A stretch of 64,000 bases of DNA from Flectonema sp. DT1601 (taxonomy: Eukaryota): positions 1,178,001 to 1,242,000 of the forward strand of contig OZ025794.1 of the NCBI GenBank assembly GCA_964019425.1, read 5' to 3'. Below the pieces are notes generated by a model. That model made no database searches. It was not told the DNA's origin and saw only the letters and a program-made list of their open reading frames with translations. Positions 23,601-35,600 of the stretch are shown here, piece by piece. Position numbers and translations under genes: made by a program. Positions within the stretch are counted from its first letter, which is position 1. Every line of letters starts with the position of its first letter.

Positions 23601-26600
23601 CGCTACGATCTCGGGAGCGTTGAACCTCAACAAGTGTATGCTTGCATGCGCCGATGAGGGAGCGAAGGACTTTGCAATCGTTAGGGACACCGGTTGTTAC
23701 TGTTTCAGGTCAGATGTTCCAACCTACCCTGATGCAGACGCATTTCAGTGTCGGGTCGGATGTCCAGGTGGTGAATTGGAGTGCACCAATCCTGGGACTT
23801 TTGCGGTCTACGAGTTGAGAACTTCATACTCAGAGGTTCGATACGCCGTATCGACACGGGCAGCTGACTTTGCTAACGTGGACCCGAGGGTTGGCGGAAC
23901 CGCTCCAAATGCCTTCGCCGGAAGGGGAGGAGTTCTCAGTGGTTCCCTCACTAACGACGTTGATGTTGGATACGCTCTCTTTGATGATGCTATTTGGATT
24001 CCAGATGCTGATGTCAGAAGTGCGTGTTTGGCTGATGCCTCAGCTAACGAAAGGTGCGATGGTCAGACAACACTCGTGGTTTACGATGGATATGGTGCGC
24101 TTGATGGTGATAGCTGTGATGTTGTAGTCAAAAACGACGAAGTTATTTGTCCATTCCAGCAACTTACCGTCAGAGCTGGAGAGGAATTCGATCTGTCTGC
24201 TTACATTAGAAGCAACATTGCAGGGGGTATGCAGGCTGCTACCATCTCCATCAGTGTCTTTGATGAAAGTGGTGAGATGGTTGTGTCTGACGACACTTTG
24301 TTCAAGGCGGAAACGGCATTCCCTTCTTACTTCGATACCATGACTGTTTCAGCATGGAGCAGTGAGAGGAAGTCTAATGGTGTTACTACTTACACTTTGA
24401 CTGTTGACCCAACTAGAGTCCTATCTGAAGCAGGAAAGGTTTGGTTCCCTCGCATGAAGTTCAATTCAAGAATTCCTGGAGTCTTCAGTGATGACGATCA
24501 GCCCAACCTTGTGAGAAGAAAGATTACGATCCAATCTGACTTCGCTGAGGAGTGTGAGATTGCGGTGACCGTGTTGCCAGGAAGGGTTGATAAATGTTCC
24601 CGCAGAGGACCAAAGCAGTGCGCCAGAGCCGGTACAAGCTTCGACTTCACCTACACCGCACGTGATACCTACGGCAGCGCTGTTGTCCAGGACTCTGCTC
24701 GCTGTGTGTCAACTCGCATGGGCTCCTGTCCTGCGGGAAGTCTTCCGTTTTTCCCTCAGCACCGTGAGTGGAAAACAATGGTCGGTCCTCTATTCGATTC
24801 GTCGTTGTTTTCTCAGGAAATTGTTGTTGGTGTTTCCACCAGATACGTAAACAATGTTCGTGAGTTGATCACCAGAGACAGCCACCTGTACTTAAATTCT
24901 CTCGGATTCTGGGTCGACGACGCCGGCGTGAGGCTTCCAGCTGGTCAGCATCCATTTGAAGACAGCAGATCGTACGCTCAGATTGTTGAGGCTGTTGCAA
25001 CTGGTGGAGAATGCATTGCCATTAGAAGAGAACAGGTGATTACCCCGGAGTCTGACAACGGTGCTGTCAAGTACTCGATGAAGTTGGTGCAGTGCGCAGC
25101 TTCACCGGAAGTGCTTTGCGTTGAGGAATCCGTGACCAGCTGCTCAGGTTTGGGAGCCACTGTTGTTCAACAGGCGTCGGCAACGTTGGCACTTACCCAG
25201 GGTACCTCATCTTTGATCGGTGAGACTTCAGCCTTCTCCGAATCCGGAAGATTCGACTTCTCGCTAAGATACACGAAGTCCGAGGAAATCAAGGTAATGG
25301 CTACCATTTACAGGGCTGATGGATCCGCCATCACCTGTGAAGACGCTGAGATGACCGTTGACATCGCTCCTAGCAAGCCAAGGACTCTTACCTCGACGAT
25401 TACGGCGACCAACCCTGTTAGTCCGGGAGTTGTTTGTATTTCCTGCAGTCCGATTGATGAATTCTCAATCACCGTAAGGGCATGGGATGAGTATGGTAAC
25501 CTTGCCTCAAGAACATGTCAGGAGGCAGACAAGTGGACTTCACTCATTGGAAGGTTGACCGTTTCAGTTACCAGGGGAGACGGATTCATCGTCACGAGCT
25601 CCGATTCCGACAACGCTTCTCCAGCACTCCACACGGCGGTTACAAATGGATTACTGTTGGTGAATGGAGTGGCTACTTTCAGTGGTCTCAGATACACCAG
25701 ACCTGGAACTGCTACCTTCCAGGTCGACACACCCAACTGGATTACTAACGGTTTAGGTTCTAAGCCGGCACCACCAACTACCAGTCTTCGCTTCGAAGCA
25801 TGCAACCCTCGTGGAATCAGAATTACGAAGTACGAATCACTGCCAGTTGCTGGTAAGCCATTCGACGTCGAATTCGAAATACACGATCAGTACGGTAACG
25901 TCCTTACTATTGACCACGGGGGTGTTGTCGCGAGAGTTATAGCCGGGTTTTCTTTCTCATACGGAAACGGATACCAACCGAGCTCGGCAACATCCTTCAC
26001 CGCCACTGAAGTACTAAACACTGCCAAGTACACCACCGATCCAGGTCGCTACGCCTACGTCATCACCCATACTGGTGTTGTCTACGTAGAGAAGGAAACC
26101 AACGTCGACAGAAATGGATTTATTGTGACTACCCAATCCAAGCAAATCTTTGAACTTCAGACTCGCCTGGAAGAATTCATGCGGGTTACGGCGTCGACGA
26201 TTTTCGCTACTTGCACACCTGTGGGAATTACATTCGATCAGGAAGTAATTGGAAACATGCGTCACAACGAACCTTATGAGTTGAGGGAATTGAGATACGA
26301 CACTTCAGTCAGATTCGATGAGCCGTTTGACTACGGTGTCAGTGCCAGTCACTTCGATAGGTTTGGAAACCAAGGATTTGAGTGGCACCGTTACGGACCG
26401 ATTGAGTGCCGACTGGAAGTCTCGGAGGCCAGGTTTGATGCCGTTGAAGGAGAAACGTTCCGCGCTGAGGCCCCAACATCTGACAACAGGGCAGCTATTG
26501 AGATTACTGTTGAGCAGGAGGGTTTCAGTGTGGCAACTGCCACCGCCGAGTTCTTGGATATCTCCGGCTTGGAAGAGGGAGAGGTCGTTCTCGAGTCAAT

Positions 26601-29600
26601 CAACGAAGTCACCCCCAGCGCAACTTCGGGTGCCGACCGTCATCTGTCGCAACAAGGCACGACTTACCTCGTCCTGAAGTTTGTTATCACCACCCCAAGA
26701 GCGTACCTCATTGCGGTTCAAATTGTTACCATTCTAACAACGTGTGCTGACAGACGCTCTGTTGATAATTCATACAATAACTGCAGAGGTAGACTGAACG
26801 TCGTTATCTCTGCGAGATGGTTCTTAGTCGTCATTTACAGACCGAGAGTTACTGAGGGAGAACCAGACTTAACCCCTCTCGACAGTTCACCACAGGAAGC
26901 TGCCACCATTCAGAGCGGTAGGTCGGCGAGAAAGCTGATGGCTGCCATCGATGACCACTTGGCTCAGTTCCCACTTGAGCGTGGACTCACAAACTCACTG
27001 ATTAACCCTGACCCACTTACTGGAGCATTTCCTCCTAAGGAGTTCTACATTCCGACCTTATTGATGGGAACAACATCTGACCTCGGCTCACCAACGGGAT
27101 CTGTTCCATTCTACAGTAGTTACGTCTGGTTTAAGGACACCTTCACCAGAAGGTCATTGGGTGAATTCAAGTTAGTACTCAGCTGCCAGCGTCTTGATGA
27201 ATTGAAGGTAAGAACTGATGATCCAATGGCTCCGTTCACCTACTGGAAGGAGACCGGTTGGATTGAAACCATTCAGAATGCCATCGTCATTATCACCGAG
27301 CCAACTCCGAAGAATGCGGATGCCTGCAGAAGAGCTGGTGACCAGTTTGCGTACCAGGTTGAATTGTTGCGTTCTACTCACGAGGAACTTGTCTCCACTC
27401 CTGCCGGGGCAAGGGTCATGGTTGATTTGAGAACCGTGGACGGTCTTGTGTCGAACGGTCCATTCGCTTGCGATGCTGCCATCTCCACCAGACCGCACAC
27501 CATCACTTGCACTTTGAACACCGTTGATGCCACTCCGGTAGGAGCCATCAACGGACAGGTTGACAGAAGCGCTGCCTGGACCAGAAGGGGACGCATCTTG
27601 GCTAGCTTCAGACACGACTACGCAACTGGAGGTGAGGGATACACTCCAGCTTTCGCAACTGAAGCTGTTCAATTCATCCACGGCTGTCCAAGAAACATTG
27701 TCGTTGACTCTTCTTTACCTTCGGAGGTCGTCATCCACCGTGGTTTCACTGTAGCTGTTCACCTTGAGGATAGGTTCACCAACGTTGGTGGTAACTTCAA
27801 CATCAGGGTGCGTGCTTTTATCGAGAACCCATTCAATGGGGACGGCACGTTGAGATTTACTACCGCAGCTGAATTAGAGGCTGTTGAGGTTTCCCAGTTC
27901 CAGTCTTCTGCCCAACAGGACGGAGGTCACCAATTCGTCGATCAGCTGACTGTTGGCGGCGAAGCGGTCTTCGGTGGGCTGTACGTATCTGCTGACTTCC
28001 TGAGGACCTTGCCAACAACATCCCAGGGATACATCTGGTTGGTTGCCTACGCAACTCACGGACAAGAGGGCACCTGCGATGGAGCGAACTCCTGTTCATT
28101 GTCCACCTACTGCCTCGGAATGGGAGAGACCGAGGGACTGTTTGGTTGTCTGTTTGAGAGACTCCCTCCAATTCTGGTCACTCCGGATATTCCGCAATCC
28201 TGCAACATCCTTGCATCCCCTGACTACGATGGTGTCGTTGCCGGACCAAGATTCTCGTTCCCAGTTGAGTACGACCTCGTTGACAGATGGGGAGTGCGTG
28301 TTCACGAGGTTCCATATGCAACGGAGTCATTAATCTATTCAGTTGCGGCTGGTAATTCCGCCAACAGAATTAGTGAACTGCTCTTCGACTTCAACTTCTT
28401 TGATGAGATTCAGTACCGCAGGGGATCGCTAAGAAGCGTTGCATTGCGCGAGCCAATTAGTTTCACCGGAGACGTAGTTTCTGTTCCACTTCAGGCAACT
28501 GCGGGTGATGAGGTGACCATTTCCCTCGTACATCGCATTGTTGGAGCTGAGGTTGGTACCCAGTTCAACATTGTTGAGCTGTACGAACCTACTATGGGAG
28601 ACGATTACGCTTTCTTGACACTGAAGTCTACCCTTCTTGCTAATGGTAACTACTTACTGGCTATGACTGTTGGTGAAGTGGTGTTCACGGGAGCTATCCA
28701 AATGTCAGGGGAGAGCACATTCAGCGGACTGGAATGGTACACTCACTCTGCTGATGAGATGAAGATTGTCCTAAAGAGAGATGAAAACAGAAGAGTTACC
28801 GATGTTTCTATTACTCTCAGCTGGCAATACAGAGTAACTCTGGTGAGAACTTCTGCCGACGACGTCGCGTTGCCAATTGTATCTCAATTCAAGACATTGG
28901 TATATGGAGATAATCATGTCATTGCATTCGGTGCTGATGTGTACACAACTGCTACTGTCGATGGTAACGTACACTGGACCCGTTACCTGAAGGCAATTGG
29001 TGAACCATATGTTCAGGACAGCACATCAAATGTTGGATTCCTCGTCTGGGCTCTCGGAGTTCCATTCACTGTAAGTGAGACGATGTTCACAACAATTCCG
29101 TTCTTCGATGGCTTCCCGCTGGATGTGTCGTTCTCAGCCAACCGTCGCTGTGTTGCTGCTGCTGGTGGCGTCACCGAACCTGCAAACTGCATTCACGAAG
29201 GATTACAATTCACAAGAAGAGTCGAAGACTTGTGGTATCCTGTCGCTCATGAAGACTTCAGAATTGTTGTTGGTGTCTATGACCTCCGCTCCCGTTTTTT
29301 TGTCTCTTGCCGTACTGACATCATTCACGCCAGACCAGGTCCACCACATGCTCTGAAGTGTTTGGATGTCCAAGAGATGGTATACACAAGGGAAGCTTGG
29401 CACTCATCTGTTGGATTAGTTGATTTTATGGGCAACTCCATTGATTGCTTTGAGTCCTTTGACGAAACCAGAGCATCCGTCTTCCCATCGAAGGAGTATG
29501 ACTGCACGATGCACACGGCCACTGTCTCGGTCCTCAACAAGGAACCAGGCCAGCAGCTTCTCACACCAGCGAGTATGACGACCACTTCGTTCAACAACGT

Positions 29601-32600
29601 TGGTGTTGCTGGGTTCTCTGTTCACTATGCCCAGCCTCCAATGGACCCGCTCACCAACGGAGGAGCTGGTTCACTAACTGTTGGACAAGCTCTACAGAGC
29701 TTCGGAATTGATACATCTGTGGCTGGAAATGAAAACACTGGAGGATGGGATAACTTCGTCTCGACAGTCGATGAAAGAGTTAACTTTGTCGGTGACTGGG
29801 TCGTTGCTGCACCTGTTGCTGGAAGCATCGGAAACTACTTCACTGCCAGCACAACTGCCGCGGAACCGATACTTCACATGAGGTACGTCACGAACGGTAG
29901 AAAGTTGATTACCGGAAACGCATGCGATACATCTTCCCAGAATATTTGCAATGCCGAACAGGCACCGGAGACCAATGACTGTTGCCGTCTCCACCAACCT
30001 GGTAGAATCATCCCACTCAGATCATACTCCGTTCAGTTTAAGCACAGAGTGTCGGCATCCGCAAACAGACACACTGGTCGCGTCGAGGTATCGTACTGGA
30101 GAGATATCAGAGGAACTGAGCAATCTGCGTTGTTGAACACCTTCGTTGTTGAGATTCCAGCCACTTCAACTGGCGCTGGCTGGGTCACCAACGCGTTGGC
30201 TCACACCGCTCCAGCTCGTTCGAACTACGTCTCGATTAGATTGGTTTGCGATAGAACTGAGGATCTTGCTTCAACTACTTGCGGTATTGACTTTGATGAA
30301 TTTAATCTCGCACTGCTTGTTGAAGAAGAGGAGGTCAGTCTCCTGTACACTACAACTGTTCCCCGCCAGAATGACGCTGCGGCTGACCGCAAGTTGGTAC
30401 TCGTAGCTGAGTGTGGACCAACTATTGTCAGAACTCGTACTCTTCCTCCAACACCAAAGATTGCGACTTGCACTCCTGCCACCTGCAACAACAACGGATA
30501 CTGTGGTGGAAACGACCCAGCTTGGTCGTGTCCAGCTGAATTGGAGGGCTTGTTCTCACCTTTCTGTTGCAGAAGAGCTCTGTCATTCTGCTGTGGTGGA
30601 CTCATGCGCGACACCGCTGATTCTGAATTCCGTTCCAAGTGTGGAAACCGGTTCTGCTCTGGAAACGGAGGCCAGTACCCGCTTCCGCCTCCATGTAGAA
30701 ACTGTCACAGAAACGACTTGTTGGGATACTGGGACGGTGACAACTGTGAGAAGTGCGCTGAGGGATACTACGGAGAGAGATGTCAGTTCCGCATCTGTCC
30801 AATCAACGAGCAGAACGGAAAAGAGTGCTCTGGACACGGTCTGTGCCAGAGCAACGGCGAGTGCACCTGTTTTGGAGACAGACAGATCGAGAACACTGCC
30901 GCTGTTCAGGCTTTGAGAATTAACAACGATTATCTGAGATTTACCGAAGACTTGACTATTCCAGCATTGAACACACGTGACAACATCGTCTACGAGTCTT
31001 GTGACACAATCTTGAGCGCGTACGCAACCGGATCCCTTGCTGGTGTTACTGGCGCTGCTTTGGGTCTTCCTGACGAAGGAATATTCGCTCTCGGTAGTTC
31101 AGACACCACCAGCAGCGACTACTTCTGTAGATTCCTCCGCACCCGTCTTGGAAACTACGTTGGTGGAGCTGTTGTTGGAGGAGCGTACAAGCTCGGATCG
31201 GGTACCCTGGCCAGCAACATGTTCAACTTGGATCGTACCGGCGAGGCCACCGGATACATGCCACTTGCTGACTTTGGTGCACCTGCTGTAAGGGGAGCCT
31301 CCTTATTTGCCACGACTGTTGGCCGTCTCTGGCAGCTCACTTCGCTTCAGGATGGCGGCGGTGTTGCTGGAGGTGCTTTCACTAGAACTAGCGGTACCCA
31401 GGCCTGGAACTCGGTCATCTTCGCTACCAACCCACGCAACCCACAAAACGCCCCGGAGTGGATTCAAATCGACAGCGATGTTCTGTTCGCTGCTCTCAAG
31501 ACTGTCACCGCTTCGGCTACGGAGACGTACGAAATTATCGCTCTGAAGAACAGCAACACCATGACTCCATTGGCCACTGTTTGTGTGTACTCTGGAGGTA
31601 GGGATGAAAATGGTAACCTTATATTGGTTGGTATCTTCTCAGACTGCAAGCCACAGAGTGACTCCGTTGTGAGACGCCAGCGTCACACCGCGTGGCCAAT
31701 GTGGTACGGGGAGGGAGCCACAGGTAGAACTCAGAGCGTGTTGGCAAAGTCTATGAGGGTTCTGTTATCAAACTCTGGAGAGGGAGTAAGATTCACTGCT
31801 GACCAATTGAGGTGGGAGATCTCCGGAACCGCGTCCATCCCAACTCAGACTGCCCAGAGGGCACCAGCCAGCTTCTCGACATCTATTAAGGGAGTCATCG
31901 GAGGTAGGAAGAACTTCAGGTGGTCAACCTTCTCGGGAACCACCACCATGAAGCTCACTCACGGTGTTGGTCGCGTTGTCAACTCTTTCGAGAGAGGTGC
32001 TTCGTTCAGAGGACTTCCATCTACTCTTGTTGAGTTGTCGAGTGTTGGGTTCGTACTTTACGCGAGGGCTCCTGCGAATGTGAGAGGACAACTCTCCCTC
32101 TTCACCGCGGAGGGTAGAAAATACGTTCTTCAGAGTGACATCACTTTCCCAGTTGTGAGCGACGGAAATTACGTACCTGTGATAGTTACTGTTCCAAGTA
32201 GTGTTGGAATTCAAGTTGACGATCTACCAGGAGCACAAACGGTTCTCGAATTTACTTCAACTGGTGAATTGGGAAGTGAAGTTACCTACCACGGCAGCAC
32301 TATGCAGATTAAGTACTACAGGGTACCACCACTTGAGGACTTCTCTGTTGAGATGATGTTGAGGATGTCTCATGGCAACCAGGACAGCCCAATGAACATC
32401 TTCACGAGCGACCGCTCGCAGGAAGGCGGTGGGTTCATCGCCATTGACCTCAACACCGATTCTGCGGGCAGACCAACTCCAGCTAGTGTTCGGGTCAGAG
32501 TAATTGATTCATTAGGAACCAGTCTTGAATTCACTACTGAAGGTCTCTTTACAATGTACGGTAACCGTTGGGTCCGTTTGAGAGTTGAAGTCAACCTGGA

Positions 32601-35600
32601 AGACGGAGAGGTGGGCGTCTTCCTCGGTAAGTCGAAGTTGGAGAACGGACGCAAGGCATTCACTCAGATGAACTCCAATGCCATCTCTCGTGGCCGCCCT
32701 ACGATGAGAGGATTCAGCAATCAGATTGCTCAGGATACTACTTTCGGTACTTCTGGTTTGAGATTCAGCGGATGGATGAGAGAGATCATCGTGGTGGCAA
32801 ACGACGTGGTCGTCGAGAAGTTGAACATGCCACTTGCGATCATCTCTCCAGCCACCGCTTCAACTCTGGCTGACTTCTCCCTTTTTGCTGCTCCGGGAAT
32901 AGTCTACGATGCAACTTCAAGAGCCGTAGTGCCACCAGCTGGTACCAGCTTTGACGGTGTAATTGCTCGTGTCGTACCAACCAGTCTGGGAGTATGGGCT
33001 GGTGAGATGTGTAACATCTGCAAGGATGGATGGTATGGTTCCTCATGTAACAAGATGAGTTGTGAAACTGCAGCGGACTGTAACAATGCTGGTACCTGTG
33101 TCGAACGCACTGGAACTGTTGGACTAGTGACCTTCACATGGAGGCAGTGTGTGTGTTCTGAAAATTATGATGGCGAGGAGTGTGAACGCTGTCTACCACC
33201 ACCAGTTGTTGGTGCTCCACGACTTGACGCACAGGGAAGAGTTGTTGGAATAGTCTGCACCGCAGGTAATTGCCCACCAACAGACCCAGCCACCGGTGAG
33301 CCACAGTGTGCTAGAGGAGGAAAGACCGTTGAGGGTGAATACTTTACTGGCGAACCAACTGTAGTAGTCGAATGTTTCGCCCAATTGCAACCACTTTGTC
33401 TCCCACCACAGGCGCCGCTCGATGAGTGTGGTTGCCCAATGACCCCAGTTCCGGTCTGCCGTGAAACACCAGCAGCTCCGGCACTTTACCAACCAGCCGA
33501 ACCACTTGCATACGACTGCAGAGGTTACGCTCAGCTGTACGTCTCGTGTCCTACCGAGGAATGTGGAAGGGCCTCTGTAAACGCGCCTGTTTGTGCTGCT
33601 GACACTGCGGGAGCTCGTCAGTACCCAGGTTACTGTTACACTGAACGTGCGGAGGGATGCAGTTCTACTGATGTAACTGTTGCTGCAACTTTTGTGGAAG
33701 CAAGGACACGTGGTTGGAATCTCAGGAGATGGTTGAGGTTTGTTGGAGACTGTCCAGGACTCTGCGCATCGCCTGCCTTCCAGCAGGAGGGAGGAAGCTG
33801 TGGAAGGTGTGCGGAAGTTAAATTGGAATTCCAAACCATTCCATGTGCGACTGTCCTTCGGGACCATGTTCCACAACAGAAGTTTAAAGAAGACTTCTGT
33901 GGATGTGGATCTCCAAGAGTTCCGGTCTGCGACTTGAGTACTACTATCGAATGGGACTTCGCTAACGGTGATGTGACTTGCCAGGCAACGTGCCCTGACT
34001 GGGTTCAGTTATACAGCGATGGAGGTGTTGAGGTTGACGTGGCAACTCAGGAGATCATCGTCGACTGTGGTAACTGGCCAGCACCAGAGTGGACACAGCT
34101 TCCATGCAGTCACGACGGAACCGATCCTTGTGAATGTGATTTGCCAAGGTTCCGTTGCAAGGTTGACGACGACGGACAAACTACTGAAGGTTTCTGTACC
34201 GACAACAGTTGCCCAACTTGGGGTCCAGCACCACAGGTTGACTGCCGTGGAGCCCTTCCACCGAAGGTCAACCAGGTTGTCGAACACGTCTGTGGATGTG
34301 ACTGGCCAAGGGAACCAGTTTGCGCCCCGGGCACTGGTCCAAGAATCTTTTGTAACTTGGCACCGCCACCTGCTCCAGTTGATTGCTTGGGTAGATCGCT
34401 GTTGAACGAACAGATTTGGGTACCTGGGGTTCCAAGACACACCTTCACCAGAGCATGCAACCTGTGCGGTTCAACCTCGCACAGCAGACAGTGCGTTGAA
34501 GGAACTCAGTGTCCAAAGCCGTTCCCGTGTGCCCAGGAGCCAGGTTCCGACAAGGCGCCTGGTGGAATCGCTTACGGCGTTCCGTGTCCAACACCGACGT
34601 ACGTTGACATCGATTGCCAGGGAGGATACCTTCCGGCAATTGTCACTGAGGCTTGTTGGTGTCCACCGGCAACGATCCCAAGATGTGTCACGGAGGAAAC
34701 TTGCTTCGGCAATGCCACCAAGTGCGGTGCCTACGTCTGTGGTAAGTCTCGAAGTGTAACTCCAATTCCTGGAGACAGATGCAGAACCACCTGTTCACTT
34801 GACGGGCACTGTGTCGAAGGATTTATCTGCATTGAGAACGAGTGTACTCCGGTTGGAACTGTCGCCCCGCCACTGGGTGGATGCAAGGCCGACCCAAGCA
34901 TCTGCGAGCCATTCGCTTGCGACGCCGTAACTGGAGGATGCATTACTGAGTGCTTCACCGACAGGCATTGTTTGGGAGGTGCAACTCTCGCTAGAAATGA
35001 ATCGGGTTACAGATGTAGTTTTGCTACCCTCTCGGGATTGTCTCCGTTGAGTGCCTTCCAGCAGATCGGAGCAACTGACGACGTCGCCACGCAGAGAACA
35101 CAGCCAGCTAACTTGTGTGGTTCTTCGGGTACCGCAACTGGAGGAGGAGTTCAAACCGAACCGGGTAGATGTGTTTGGACTACCAGGGATTCTAACGCCT
35201 GCTTCTCCCAGAATGGTGCGACTAACGGATGTGGTTTGTACGCATGTGGTAAGAACAACACTCAGATCTACTTCGCTAACGCCGCATGCAGAACATCGTG
35301 TTCAAACGATGCTCACTGTAGCAGTTTGGCTCACTGTCAGAGATCTACAGGAAGCTGTGTTACGGGGTCTGCTGGATCTCCACAATCATGCAGCACGAAG
35401 GATTACGACTACTGTACTCCATACGCATGTGGAAAACACATTACTCTCTCACCACTTTCAACCGCCGTTTGCAGAACTGACTGTACTGAAGACGGTCACT
35501 GTTTGTACTTCTACACGTGTAGCATGGGTAAGTGTGTTTCGACTGACGTGATTAACCACGCTCATCAGGCTCCTCCTGCAATCTCACCAACCTGCTACAC